From: an uncultured Muribaculaceae bacterium
Lineage (GTDB): Bacteria > Bacteroidota > Bacteroidia > Bacteroidales > Muribaculaceae
Length of the DNA stretch: 64,000 nt
Reading direction: 5' to 3'
Assembly: GCA_905233845.1 (NCBI GenBank)
Contig: CAJOFH010000003.1
Location: forward strand, 7,693-71,692
The notes under the pieces were generated by a model, which made no database searches, was not told the DNA's origin, and saw nothing but the letters and a program-made list of their open reading frames with translations. Of this stretch, positions 1 through 8,426 are shown in pieces. The translations under genes and the position numbers were made by a program. The stretch's first letter is position 1; the number at the start of each line of letters is the position of its first letter.

Positions 1-1818
1 GTCAAGGCGCATCTCTGGACCGATGAAGTCGACAAACTCCTCGGGTGAGATTTCTCCCAAACCTTTAAATCGTGTTATCTCGGCGTTGTCACCAAGTTTG
101 TTGATGGCTGCCACACGCTCCTCGTCGGTGTAGCAGTAGTAGGTCTCGACCTTGTTCTTCTTTGTCTCACGACCTGCACTGCGGCTCTTGCGCTTGGCAT
201 CCTTGCGGTTGAGCACACGGAAAAGCGGGGTTTGCAAGATGTAGAGGTGGCCACTCTTCACAAGTTCAGGATAGAACTGCAGGAAATAGGTGAGCAGCAA
301 CAGGCGGATGTGCATGCCATCGACATCGGCATCGGTAGCGATGATGACTTTATTGTAGCGCAGCCCCTCGATGCCGTCTTCTATGTTTAGGGCTGCTTGC
401 AGCAGACCAAACTCCTCGTTCTTGTAAACTATAGCAGGTGCTACGCCGAAGGTGTTGAGGGGCTTGCCTCGCAGCGAGAACACAGCTTGTGTCTGCACGT
501 CACGAATCTTGGTGATAGAGCCACTCGCCGAGAGTCCCTCGGTGATGAACAGGCATGTCTCCTCGCGGCGGTCGCCACGGTTGTCGTTATAGTGAACACG
601 GCAGTCGCGCAGCTTGTCGTTGTGCAGTGCGGCTTTCTTCATGCGCTCACGTGTCACCTTGGTCACGCCAGCAATCGCCTTGCGCTCCTTTTCGTTTTCT
701 TGTATCTTCTTGAGCAGAACGTCGGCGGTGGCAGGGGTCTTATGTAGGTAGTTGTCGAGCTCTTTCTTGATGAAATCATTGATGAACTTGTAGATGGTGG
801 GGCCGTCTTTCCACATCACGCTCGAACCGAGCTTAATCTTGGTCTGTGACTCAAACACTGGTTCCTCGACCTTGATGCTTATGGCGGCGACAATGCCATT
901 GCGGATGTCGCTGTACTCGAAGTTCTTGCCGTAGAAGTCCTTTATTGTGCGTGACAGGGCTTCGCGGAAGGCGCTCTGGTGTGTGCCGCCCTGCGTGGTG
1001 TGTTGACCGTTGACAAAAGAGTAGAACTCTTCGCCCATCTGCGCAGCGTGAGTGATGACGACCTCGATATCATTGTCGGTGAAATGAATGAGAGGATAGA
1101 GCGGATCGTTGGTCATGTTCTCGTTCACCAGGTCGCTCAAGCCGTTGCGCGAGTGATAGCGCTTGCCGTTGTAATAGAGCGAGAGTCCGGTGTTGAGGAA
1201 CGAGTAATTCTTTATCATCACCTCGATGATGTCCTCGCGGTACTCGTAGTTTTTGAAGATGGTGTTGTCGGGAGTAAACTCTACAACGGTGCCGTTCTCG
1301 TCATCGGGCTGGGCGGCGATGATGCCAGTCTCTTTCTCGACAAGTCCTTCTTTGTAGGTCACGGCCGAGCATTGCCCATCACGCACCGAGCGGATGAAGA
1401 AATTGGATGACAAAGCATTTACGGCCTTGATACCTACACCATTAAGACCGACAGAGCGTTTGTAGTTCTTGGTGTCGTACTTGGCACCGGTGTTCATCTT
1501 GCTCGAGGCGTCTTTTACCTGGTCGAGGGGGATGCCACGGCCATAGTCGCGGATGGTCACCTTGCCGTCCTCTACGGTAATGTCGATGCGGGGCTTGGCA
1601 AAGCCAGTGTTGAACTCGTCAATGGAGTTGTCGATTACCTCCTTCATCAGCACATAGATGCCGTCGTCACTCTGGCTGCCGTCACCAAGTTTCCCTATGT
1701 ACATACCAGGACGCAGCCTGATGTGCTCACGAGGAGTGAGAGTCACCAGTTTCTCGTACCCACCAAAGTCACTACCCTGTTGTTGATTGTTATCTTGAAT
1801 ATCTAATTCTTGAGCCAT
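1..1818 (-). CDS. parE: DNA topoisomerase IV subunit B (3' end runs off window)
   Basis: Manual minus-strand translation from ATG at 1818: MAQELD...[38 protein letters not shown] (GHKL ATPase N-box); Toprim-region ...[13 protein letters not shown]... near 260-330. Matches the Bacteroidetes ParE pattern. Absent from the ORF track because it is incomplete. Confidence 0.9.
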   Translation of the reverse strand, partial: MAQELDIQDNNQQQGSDFGGYEKLVTLTPREHIRLRPGMYIGKLGDGSQSDDGIYVLMKEVIDNSIDEFNTGFAKPRIDITVEDGKVTIRDYGRGIPLDQVKDASSKMNTGAKYDTKNYKRSVGLNGVGIKAVNALSSNFFIRSVRDGQCSAVTYKEGLVEKETGIIAAQPDDENGTVVEFTPDNTIFKNYEYREDIIEVMIKNYSFLNTGLSLYYNGKRYHSRNGLSDLVNENMTNDPLYPLIHFTDNDIEVVITHAAQMGEEFYSFVNGQHTTQGGTHQSAFREALSRTIKDFYGKNFEYSDIRNGIVAAISIKVEEPVFESQTKIKLGSSVMWKDGPTIYKFINDFIKKELDNYLHKTPATADVLLKKIQENEKERKAIAGVTKVTRERMKKAALHNDKLRDCRVHYNDNRGDRREETCLFITEGLSASGSITKIRDVQTQAVFSLRGKPLNTFGVAPAIVYKNEEFGLLQAALNIEDGIEGLRYNKVIIATDADVDGMHIRLLLLTYFLQFYPELVKSGHLYILQTPLFRVLNRKDAKRKSRSAGRETKKNKVETYYCYTDEERVAAINKLGDNAEITRFKGLGEISPEEFVDFIGPEMRLD

Positions 1819-1872
1819 TAAAAAATAGTCTGTTAAATTTCAAATTTGTAAAGAAGAGACCTCTCGTCCGTG

Positions 1873-2004
1873 ATTATGCATTATGCATTATGCATTGTGC
1901 ATTATGCATTGTGCATTGTGCATTGTGCATTGTGCATTGTGCATTGTGCATTGTGCATTGTGCATTGTGCATTGTGCATTGTGCATTGTGCATTGTGCAT
2001 TGTG
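1873..2004. repeat. Tandem heptamer array (ATTRTGC)n, about 19 units
   Basis: Direct reading: attatgc x3, attgtgc, attatgc, then attgtgc repeated to 2004. Confidence 0.97.
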
Positions 2005-2019
2005 AAAAGTCTCAACTTG

Positions 2020-2027
2020 CAAAGTTA
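2020..2027 (-). promoter_or_regulatory. Bacteroidetes -7 promoter box (TAACTTTG), probably for parE
   Basis: Plus-strand CAAAGTTA equals TAACTTTG on minus, matching the TAnnTTTG consensus and pointing toward parE. Confidence 0.6.
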
Positions 2028-2193
2028 CAAAATACTTTTTTAAAATTAAATTACTACTTTTCCTTTTTATAGTTTATTAATACGCGTGCCCAAGCACAAT
2101 ACACTTTTCAAACAACCATAACAACATCCTTTTTAGTTGTTAGAGTAGTTATAAGGTTGTGAATGTTGTTTATGTTGTGTTTATGTTGTTCCA

Positions 2194-2466
2194 GTTGTTT
2201 AATCTATTTTGCGAGTATCGATATGAGAAAAAAACGCCAAGATTGGCATTTTTTTTATGTGGGAACGACAATTGTCAATAATAAAACAAAAGTAAAGTGT
2301 TATTGTCAGTCATTGTCGTTTAACTAATACGAACTCAGTTCGCAGCTTTTTGAACAAAATCAAATTGTCCTCAAGAGAATCGTGCTCTCATGAGAAGTAG
2401 TTAATTATTTGATAATCTTCTTGCTTTTGCGTCAGCCATCGGTGTAGGTAGTGACCTTGAGGTTCA
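2194..2466. repeat. Long direct repeat copy 1 (about 275 bp; partner 5212-5489)
   Basis: Near-identical to 5212-5489. Contains a terminator-like hairpin, the 57-bp ATTGTC unit and the 3' end of a surface-protein gene. Confidence 0.95.
2264..2320. repeat. 57-bp imperfect palindromic ATTGTC unit, copy 1
   Basis: AACGACAAT-TGTCAATAA...TTATTGTCA-GTC-ATTGTCGTT. Identical to 7304-7360, near-identical to 5281-5337, and homologous to the GxxExxY-flanking arms. Confidence 0.93.
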
Positions 2467-2467
2467 A
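2405..2467 (-). pseudogene. Remnant C-terminus of a T9SS-type surface-protein gene with internal stop
   Basis: Minus translation LNLKVTTYTDG*RKSKKIIK*, compared with VNIKVTTYSDGSRKSKKIIK* at the end of 5428-7131. Confidence 0.8.
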
Positions 2468-2502
2468 GATGACGAAATTCTCTATATGTTGGAGTAAATA
2501 TG

Positions 2503-3801
2503 CTATTGATTTATTGTTACATTGGCTTTTTCGTTCAATTCGTCCTCAGGGAGTTCCACGATGTTTTCAAACTGTCCCCACTTGGGGTCATTCTTGAATG
2601 CCGAGAGTGAGCCTTGTGGGATGTAGAGCGTGGCTGTCTGGGTGATGTCGCCTTGGAAAGAGTCTTCCAGTCCATAAGGCGGTGCAGGGCACTTCATTAC
2701 TATTGATTCGAGTTGTGTGGAATAGATGATTAACTTCCATTCCTCAATATTGGTTACCCCTTCTCCGAAAACAATATGCTTCAGTCCTTCATAATTGTTG
2801 TAGTGATGGTCATAACTATATAGATGATAATTGTGTTCCATGACCGTAAAATTGCGCCCAACGTAAAGGGTGTCTATTTTGCTGGCATTGCCTTGAAACA
2901 TTCCTGTATAGGAAGCTATTAACATCTCTTCCTCAAATAGAGGAAGGCTATAATAAATGACGTCATCTACAAGTGGACCTGCTACTATGCTATTGTCACC
3001 ATCATCAAAGATTGCTTTGTGAATCTTGGGGCATTTATAAAAACATTCTTTTACCGTTAAGGCTCTTGGAGATATTTCAACCTCACTAAGTTCTGGGCAG
3101 TTGTATGCCCCAAAATAGCAATTACGTTTAAGGTTTCGCCCAAGATAATTTATACGGCAATACATTAAGTCTAATTGACACAATTTCAGTGTCTTCAAGT
3201 TTGGACAATTCATCACAAACAGTCGGGTTTTGGTTAATTGTGAAGCGTTAAAATGCTCAAACTTAGCGTTGTTGACAACTAACCTCAAGCCCACCTCAGC
3301 GGCATTAAACCTCACGCCATATCCTTCCATTCCATCAAAAATGCCTTCGTCGGTATAAGTAACGGGGGTGGGGTTTGTCATATTTTCCCACTCAACAAAC
3401 TGGCTGTCGTATATATCTCTAATAGTTGAAGGAATAACGAGCTCCTCATTGATCTTGGCATTTTTAAAAGCTGCCTTGCCTAGCCCTATTATTCCTTCGG
3501 GCAATGTCAGGGAATTGAGTTCTATGCCCTCAAATGCACTCTGTCCTAATTCCACCACCTTGAATTGTCCCTCCTCAGTATCAATCACGCTAGGCACCAC
3601 AAGGTCGCTTGACGCATTGGAACACTCGGGCTTATATCCAGTCACCACAACACCAATGATAGCAGGTGTCTGGTAGTTTGATAATGTGACGGTTTTATAC
3701 TGGTAATACAATCCGTCAATTTCGACATCGTAGCTGTTGACGGCAAATATGGGAATAATTGCAACTGCCGTGAATATAAATTGTAACAATAAGCGTTTCA
3801 T
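2503..3801 (-). CDS. Secreted BspA-like leucine-rich repeat protein
   Basis: Signal peptide, VEIDGLYY start, LTLPEGIIGLGKAAF and FGEGVTNI repeats, TATLYIPQGS..FKNDPKWGQFENIVE motif. No T9SS tail. Confidence 0.75.
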   Translation of the reverse strand: MKRLLLQFIFTAVAIIPIFAVNSYDVEIDGLYYQYKTVTLSNYQTPAIIGVVVTGYKPECSNASSDLVVPSVIDTEEGQFKVVELGQSAFEGIELNSLTLPEGIIGLGKAAFKNAKINEELVIPSTIRDIYDSQFVEWENMTNPTPVTYTDEGIFDGMEGYGVRFNAAEVGLRLVVNNAKFEHFNASQLTKTRLFVMNCPNLKTLKLCQLDLMYCRINYLGRNLKRNCYFGAYNCPELSEVEISPRALTVKECFYKCPKIHKAIFDDGDNSIVAGPLVDDVIYYSLPLFEEEMLIASYTGMFQGNASKIDTLYVGRNFTVMEHNYHLYSYDHHYNNYEGLKHIVFGEGVTNIEEWKLIIYSTQLESIVMKCPAPPYGLEDSFQGDITQTATLYIPQGSLSAFKNDPKWGQFENIVELPEDELNEKANVTINQ

Positions 3802-3816
3802 AGTTGTGATGCGTGT

Positions 3817-5130
3817 TTAGAAGATTTGTTTAATGGTTTGCTTTGAGCCGTCACGATATTGCTTCACCACAATATTCATGCCCTTGAATGGGCTGGTAGA
3901 GTCATGCCCCTGCATGTCGTAGTATTTCACACTCACGATTTCGGTGTCGGAGCATTCAACGGTATTGATTCCAGAAATGTTCAAGAAATGTTTCCACACC
4001 AAGTGCTGCATGTAGGCATTGTAAACAGCCTCGCCATCGGGAATAAACAGTTTTACAGTCCTGTATTGCTCGTCCTCAAAAGGCATGACCGCTGGCGGTG
4101 TTTCAGTGGTCAGATTTATTGTTTTCAAATTAGAGGCTTTTGAGAACTCCCAGTCTCGGATGTCGGTCGCGTTCACTTCAAGATAAGTGAGATTGTCGAG
4201 CGGCATGGTTGAAGTGTTGCCAATAATCTTCCGGTTCAGAATCAACGAGTCGATGTGCGAGGCGCTGAAACCAATGTTGTGCAGCGACTCGTCACCGTCG
4301 ATGCAGTCGTTCACTTGGAGCGCCTTGTCGGTGGGTGATTTCTCAAATGCTACTTTGTGCAAGGCAGGACAACCCTCAAATTGCGCGTTGATTGAGTCGA
4401 CGCTGCCTGGAATTGTTATTTCCTTTAGCGATGGGAGGGCTGTAATGTGATTTCTTGTCTCAGTCATCGAGCCGAGATCATGTGGCAAGATTAGTGATGT
4501 TAGGTTCTCACAATCAAAAATGCTTATTCGTCTTCCATCAGCCCCGAATGTCAGCAAGTGGAGTTTGTCAACATTTAACTCTGAGAAATTCACCACCGCG
4601 CTGTTTTTCTCGGGCACGAATGTGTTGCCAAGCTGCAGGCCGCCACCACTCATACCTTTAAACGCGTTGGCCTGTAAAACCGAAGTAAATGAGTCTAGTG
4701 TGGTGTTGACAGTCACCATTTGCTCAATATTGGCATTGCCAAAAGCTCCAGTCTCGATTCTATAAACTCGCTTCGGCAACGTCAATGACTGGGCATTGAG
4801 GTCGTTGAAGGCGTTTTTCGCAATATGAAGCACGGGATAATAAACTCCATCAACGCAAATCAATTCAGGTATATGAATTTGTGGGGAGTCCCCATTTTCA
4901 TAGATGACCGATGGGTTGAAGCCACTGACGTAATAGCCAACATTAACATTTAAGACAGTCCACCCACTGTTTAAAGAGGGGATGTTTTCGGTTATGCAGG
5001 TGTATTTAATGCCGTCTATCTCCACGGTCTGCGCGACAGAAATGTGAAAACGGAGAGAAACCGCTACAAGCAATGCTGTCAGCAACAAAACCCTTGCTGA
5101 TCTTGAAGTAATGTATAGTTTAGTTTTCAT
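3817..5130 (-). CDS. Secreted BspA-like LRR protein with T9SS-like C-terminal domain
   Basis: Probable start MKTKL at 5130; LTLPKRVYRIETGAF repeats; C-terminus YYDMQG...KGMNIVVKQYRDGSKQTIKQIF. Confidence 0.75.
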   Translation of the reverse strand: MKTKLYITSRSARVLLLTALLVAVSLRFHISVAQTVEIDGIKYTCITENIPSLNSGWTVLNVNVGYYVSGFNPSVIYENGDSPQIHIPELICVDGVYYPVLHIAKNAFNDLNAQSLTLPKRVYRIETGAFGNANIEQMVTVNTTLDSFTSVLQANAFKGMSGGGLQLGNTFVPEKNSAVVNFSELNVDKLHLLTFGADGRRISIFDCENLTSLILPHDLGSMTETRNHITALPSLKEITIPGSVDSINAQFEGCPALHKVAFEKSPTDKALQVNDCIDGDESLHNIGFSASHIDSLILNRKIIGNTSTMPLDNLTYLEVNATDIRDWEFSKASNLKTINLTTETPPAVMPFEDEQYRTVKLFIPDGEAVYNAYMQHLVWKHFLNISGINTVECSDTEIVSVKYYDMQGHDSTSPFKGMNIVVKQYRDGSKQTIKQIF

Positions 5131-5244
5131 ATCTTTATCATTTTTGTTGTGGCTAATCGTTTTGAACGCCACTAAGTTAGTAATTACTGTTCAATTATGC
5201 AAGTTGTTACTGTTGTTTAATCTATTTTGCGAGTATCGATATGA

Positions 5245-5273
5245 GAAAAAACGCCAAGATTGGCATTTTTTTT
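5245..5273 (-). terminator. Probable intrinsic terminator (also at about 2226-2256)
   Basis: A-run, GCCAA-loop-TTGGC stem, T-run; possibly bidirectional. Confidence 0.55.
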
Positions 5274-5280
5274 ATGTGGG

Positions 5281-5337
5281 AACGACAATTGTCTTTAATA
5301 AAACAAAAGTAAAATGTTATTGTCAGTCATTGTCGTT
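5281..5337. repeat. 57-bp ATTGTC unit, copy 2
   Basis: AATTGTCTTTAATAA (5287-5301) is an exact 15-bp match to 54253-54267. Confidence 0.93.
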
Positions 5338-5427
5338 TAACTAATACGAACTCAGTTTGCAGCTTTTTGAACAAAATCAAATTGTCCTCAAGAGAATCGT
5401 GCTCTTGAGGACATGAGAAGTAGTTAA

Positions 5428-7131
5428 TTATTTGATTATCTTCTTGCTTTTGCGTGAGCCGTCGCTGTAGGTCGTCACCTTAATGTTCACGCCCTTGAAT
5501 GGCTCAGAACTCTCCACACCAGCAAGGTTGTAGTAACGCACGCTCGACACCTGCTTGTCGTTATTGACAGTAGTGATGGCATCGGGATTTTTCAACTTCT
5601 GAGCCTCATCATAAAGGCAACCTTTATAAACCAGTTCTCCGTTTTCATACACTGCCGAAAGACCAGCCATGGGATTACCGAATTCCACTTCACGCGTCGA
5701 TTTGGAGTGTGGGCTTTTTCCAGTATAAAAACCTCGATAAGGAATTAAAAGGTCTCCAAACATACAGTCGACACCTATACCCTCAATGATTTTAACCTCA
5801 TTATCATGGGTATAGTTATCTATGCCATCATCGTTTATATGATAACCTTTTCTAATGCTTCCTCCAACTTCAACATAAATCACCTTACTATTTTCCATAT
5901 CGTAAGGATATGGGTAATAGAAATAAGGATTGTTGTATTCATCAGTAGATTCTATCATTGCCATTTCGGGCAAAAACATTGGTTTGTTGAAGTCGTAGAG
6001 AGTATCTGGAACCTCCCACCAATATTCGTATTCGTAGGCATTGACAACTTTTCCATTCTCGCTCACAACGGCTATGAGATAAGGCTCTTGAGCATTACCT
6101 TGTTCATCGTAGTCAGTGCGATATAGATTATGGTATTCTACGACAACACCATCAGGATTGGTAAAATCAAACTGGCCATTGAATTCAAGAGTATAAAGTT
6201 GTACTTCTTCACCTGTGTTGAAATAATAATAAGTATTATATCCCACATACTCCCAAACCACTCCCTCACGCACGATGGGAACGTATTCATTCTCATCTGC
6301 GAGGGCCATTGCTTCGTCATATAAACAACCTTTATATACCAAGTCATTGCCCTCATATACTGCGACAAGGCCCATTAATTCATTTTCACAAAGATCGACA
6401 GAGTTTTGTGGTGAAATGAGGTCTCCCGAACGACTGTCGATGCCTATACCTTCAATAACTTTACATTCAAGGAAGTATTTCTCGAAATTTAAATGTTCGC
6501 TATTCATAATGTAAGCGTTGCGGTCATTATTCCCTACCTGCACTGTTGTCAAAAATGGATTATTTCGGAATTCTTCGATGAAACCCTCGTATGCTATACT
6601 TTCAAAGTCTTCATCAAAACCCCATAAACTGGCGTTAATTTCAGGCAGATAAGATTCGCGGTTGAAATCATATAGTTCAAACTCAATTGTGTTTACAAAT
6701 ATGTCATCAACATATTTTTCAATCCAGATAGGAAAAAAATACTCATGTGGCCATGGAAATCTCAAAGTCCTATTCTTTAAGCATGAGGAGGGAGCATTTA
6801 AATCAACCCCATAAAATGAGTTGTATTCATAGACAACTTTGTCCTCCTCTCTAACATCACAATAAACAAAGGGACTTGAGGCAGGTTTGAAGTCCTTGTC
6901 AAGAATGGTGCAATACACATGTTTGTAATTCTTGCCAAGAATTGTGGTGTCACCCTCTATCTCAAAAGAATACATTTGCTCAGGAATCACACTCAGATGC
7001 CATTCAGGTTCATGATATGTCATATAGACCCACTTCACTCCCTCACGCACGAGGGGAACGTATTCATTTTCATTTGCGCTGGCGCTTGTCATGAACAGCA
7101 GTCCCAACAGTAGAAATGTAATCTTTTTCAT
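5428..7131 (-). CDS. Secreted protein with two tandem homologous domains and T9SS-like tail
   Basis: Signal peptide; ENEYVP[LI]VREGV.W ... EGIG[IV]D..GDL ... VYKGCLYDEA occurs twice; C-terminus YYNLAGV...YSDGSRKSKKIIK. Confidence 0.75.
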   Translation of the reverse strand: MKKITFLLLGLLFMTSASANENEYVPLVREGVKWVYMTYHEPEWHLSVIPEQMYSFEIEGDTTILGKNYKHVYCTILDKDFKPASSPFVYCDVREEDKVVYEYNSFYGVDLNAPSSCLKNRTLRFPWPHEYFFPIWIEKYVDDIFVNTIEFELYDFNRESYLPEINASLWGFDEDFESIAYEGFIEEFRNNPFLTTVQVGNNDRNAYIMNSEHLNFEKYFLECKVIEGIGIDSRSGDLISPQNSVDLCENELMGLVAVYEGNDLVYKGCLYDEAMALADENEYVPIVREGVVWEYVGYNTYYYFNTGEEVQLYTLEFNGQFDFTNPDGVVVEYHNLYRTDYDEQGNAQEPYLIAVVSENGKVVNAYEYEYWWEVPDTLYDFNKPMFLPEMAMIESTDEYNNPYFYYPYPYDMENSKVIYVEVGGSIRKGYHINDDGIDNYTHDNEVKIIEGIGVDCMFGDLLIPYRGFYTGKSPHSKSTREVEFGNPMAGLSAVYENGELVYKGCLYDEAQKLKNPDAITTVNNDKQVSSVRYYNLAGVESSEPFKGVNIKVTTYSDGSRKSKKIIK

Positions 7132-7303
7132 AGCTGTATATGTTTATGCGTTAAACTAAATCTAATCTCAATGTCGCAAAGTTATAAACATTTTTTCGAT
7201 TTACCCCCCCATTTGTTAAATTGTATTAAACAGATGGTTTTATCTGTGTTTTGATCAAAATCCAATTTGGTCCATTTACACCAATTTGAACCTGCTTTCA
7301 GGG

Positions 7304-7360
7304 AACGACAATTGTCAATAATAAAACAAAAGTAAAGTGTTATTGTCAGTCATTGTCGTT
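7304..7360. repeat. 57-bp ATTGTC unit, copy 3 (only the 70-bp core 7301-7370 is shared)
   Basis: 7301-7370 is identical to 2261-2330, while the flanks are unrelated. Confidence 0.93.
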
Positions 7361-7378
7361 TAACTAATACTCTGGCTG

Positions 7379-7386
7379 CAAAGTTA
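7379..7386 (-). promoter_or_regulatory. Bacteroidetes -7 box pointing into unit copy 3 and the surface-gene array
   Basis: TAACTTTG on minus followed by CAGC; TTG about 20 bp upstream. Confidence 0.55.
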
Positions 7387-7811
7387 AAAGTAACAATTCG
7401 TTTTTGCAAGAAAAATGGGCGTATTTTCACTTTTTGCAAGTTGCTATATAACAGCTAGTTATTGGCTCTTGAAATGTAACTTTTCATTTTTTGCCTCAAA
7501 ATGCTCCGAATTTTCAAAATTTAAACAGCATTTTATCCCAAAAAAGCCTTTTGAGATCATTCCCGAGTATCTGCAATTTTAAAGAAAAATTTTAGTGCGC
7601 AGCACAATTATAATTTTAGCGAAGCTTCAATTTCCACTCCGTCTAGGAGTGGCAAAACCGAGCCCCACCGCACTACCATGCGAAGCCACTCTTCCCTCTC
7701 CCCACTCACCTCTCCCCTACATTATTTTAACATTGTTTCAACTCTCAATCACATTTACCTTTGCGCGCACACCCGTTCATTAAATTATTATAAAGAAAGG
7801 AACCATCATGA

Positions 7812-8393
7812 AATTTTTTTTCAAAAACTGTCCCACACCCGCTCTTGGGAGCTGTCAATGTATTGCACCGCAGGCGCGGTGTAAAAAAAATCTCCAAAAA
7901 CTGTCCCACACAACCCACATTTGTTGTGCAAGTTGTATTCAAGTTGTTCCAGTTGTTTGATTTGTTTTTGCGATATTTGCGTGAGACTAAAGTCAGCGCG
8001 GTGTAAAAAAAATTTTTCAAAAACTGTCCCACACCACTTCCGTTTTCAACCAAAAACCCCGTTTTTATGGTCCAAAACTCCAAAACCATCAATTTTTTTT
8101 TTTCAAAAAGCGTCCCAAATCATGAAAATCTTGTTCACCCTGTCGAAACAAACTGCGTCCGTTGTCTCCATAATATTATATTCGATAATTCGAATATTCG
8201 CTGTTCGTTGTTCGACCAACCAAAACCTTCACTTCAATTTTTTTTCAAAAAATGTCCCACCCGCTCCTGGGAGTTGTCAAAGTATTACACCGCCGGCGCG
8301 GTGTTCAAAAATTTTTTTCAAAAACTGTCCCACTCTCCCCACATTTGTTGTTCAAGTTGTTAAAGTTGTTTGAAATTGCGATATTTGCGTGAG
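7812..8393. repeat. Repeat block: two about 160-175-bp direct repeats (7812-7985, 8236-8393) and five CAAAAA[C/A]TGTCCCAC 15-mers
   Basis: 15-mers at 7822, 7895, 8018, 8246 and 8319; CACCGC-N4-GCGGTG hairpins at about 7866 and 8288. Confidence 0.9.
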
Positions 8394-8426
8394 CTATATT
8401 TTTTTTGTAGATTTGTCCCATCAATT

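Larger units (their letters stand above)
5212..5489. repeat. Long direct repeat copy 2
   Basis: Partner of 2194-2466. Includes the perfect hairpin GTCCTCAAGAG-N7-CTCTTGAGGAC at 5384-5412. Confidence 0.95.

Noticed and set aside
397-1410. Plus-strand ORFs (and similar antisense ORFs over cls, rlmN, ileS and the RND gene)
   Set aside because: They are shadow frames opposite clearly recognisable genes.
1890-2072. ORF MHCALCIV... on the plus strand
   Set aside because: It is simply the translation of the heptamer array and lies antisense to the parE leader.
5428-7131. Diversity-generating retroelement behind the internal duplication
   Set aside because: No reverse transcriptase is present, and the repeats differ throughout rather than at adenines.
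2264-7360. Calling the 57-bp units true integron attC sites
   Set aside because: The AAC...GTT hairpin with a bulge fits, but the flanks (GGGAAC / GTTTAAC) do not match RYYYAAC / GTTRRRY, no tyrosine recombinase is in the window, and homology to the GxxExxY arms is a better explanation. Kept only as an alternative.
7595-8373. Short overlapping ORFs in the repeat block
   Set aside because: Low-complexity F/K-rich translations on both strands with no recognisable motifs.
7812-8393. CRISPR array
   Set aside because: Spacing is irregular, the inter-repeat sequence is itself duplicated, and no cas genes are present.
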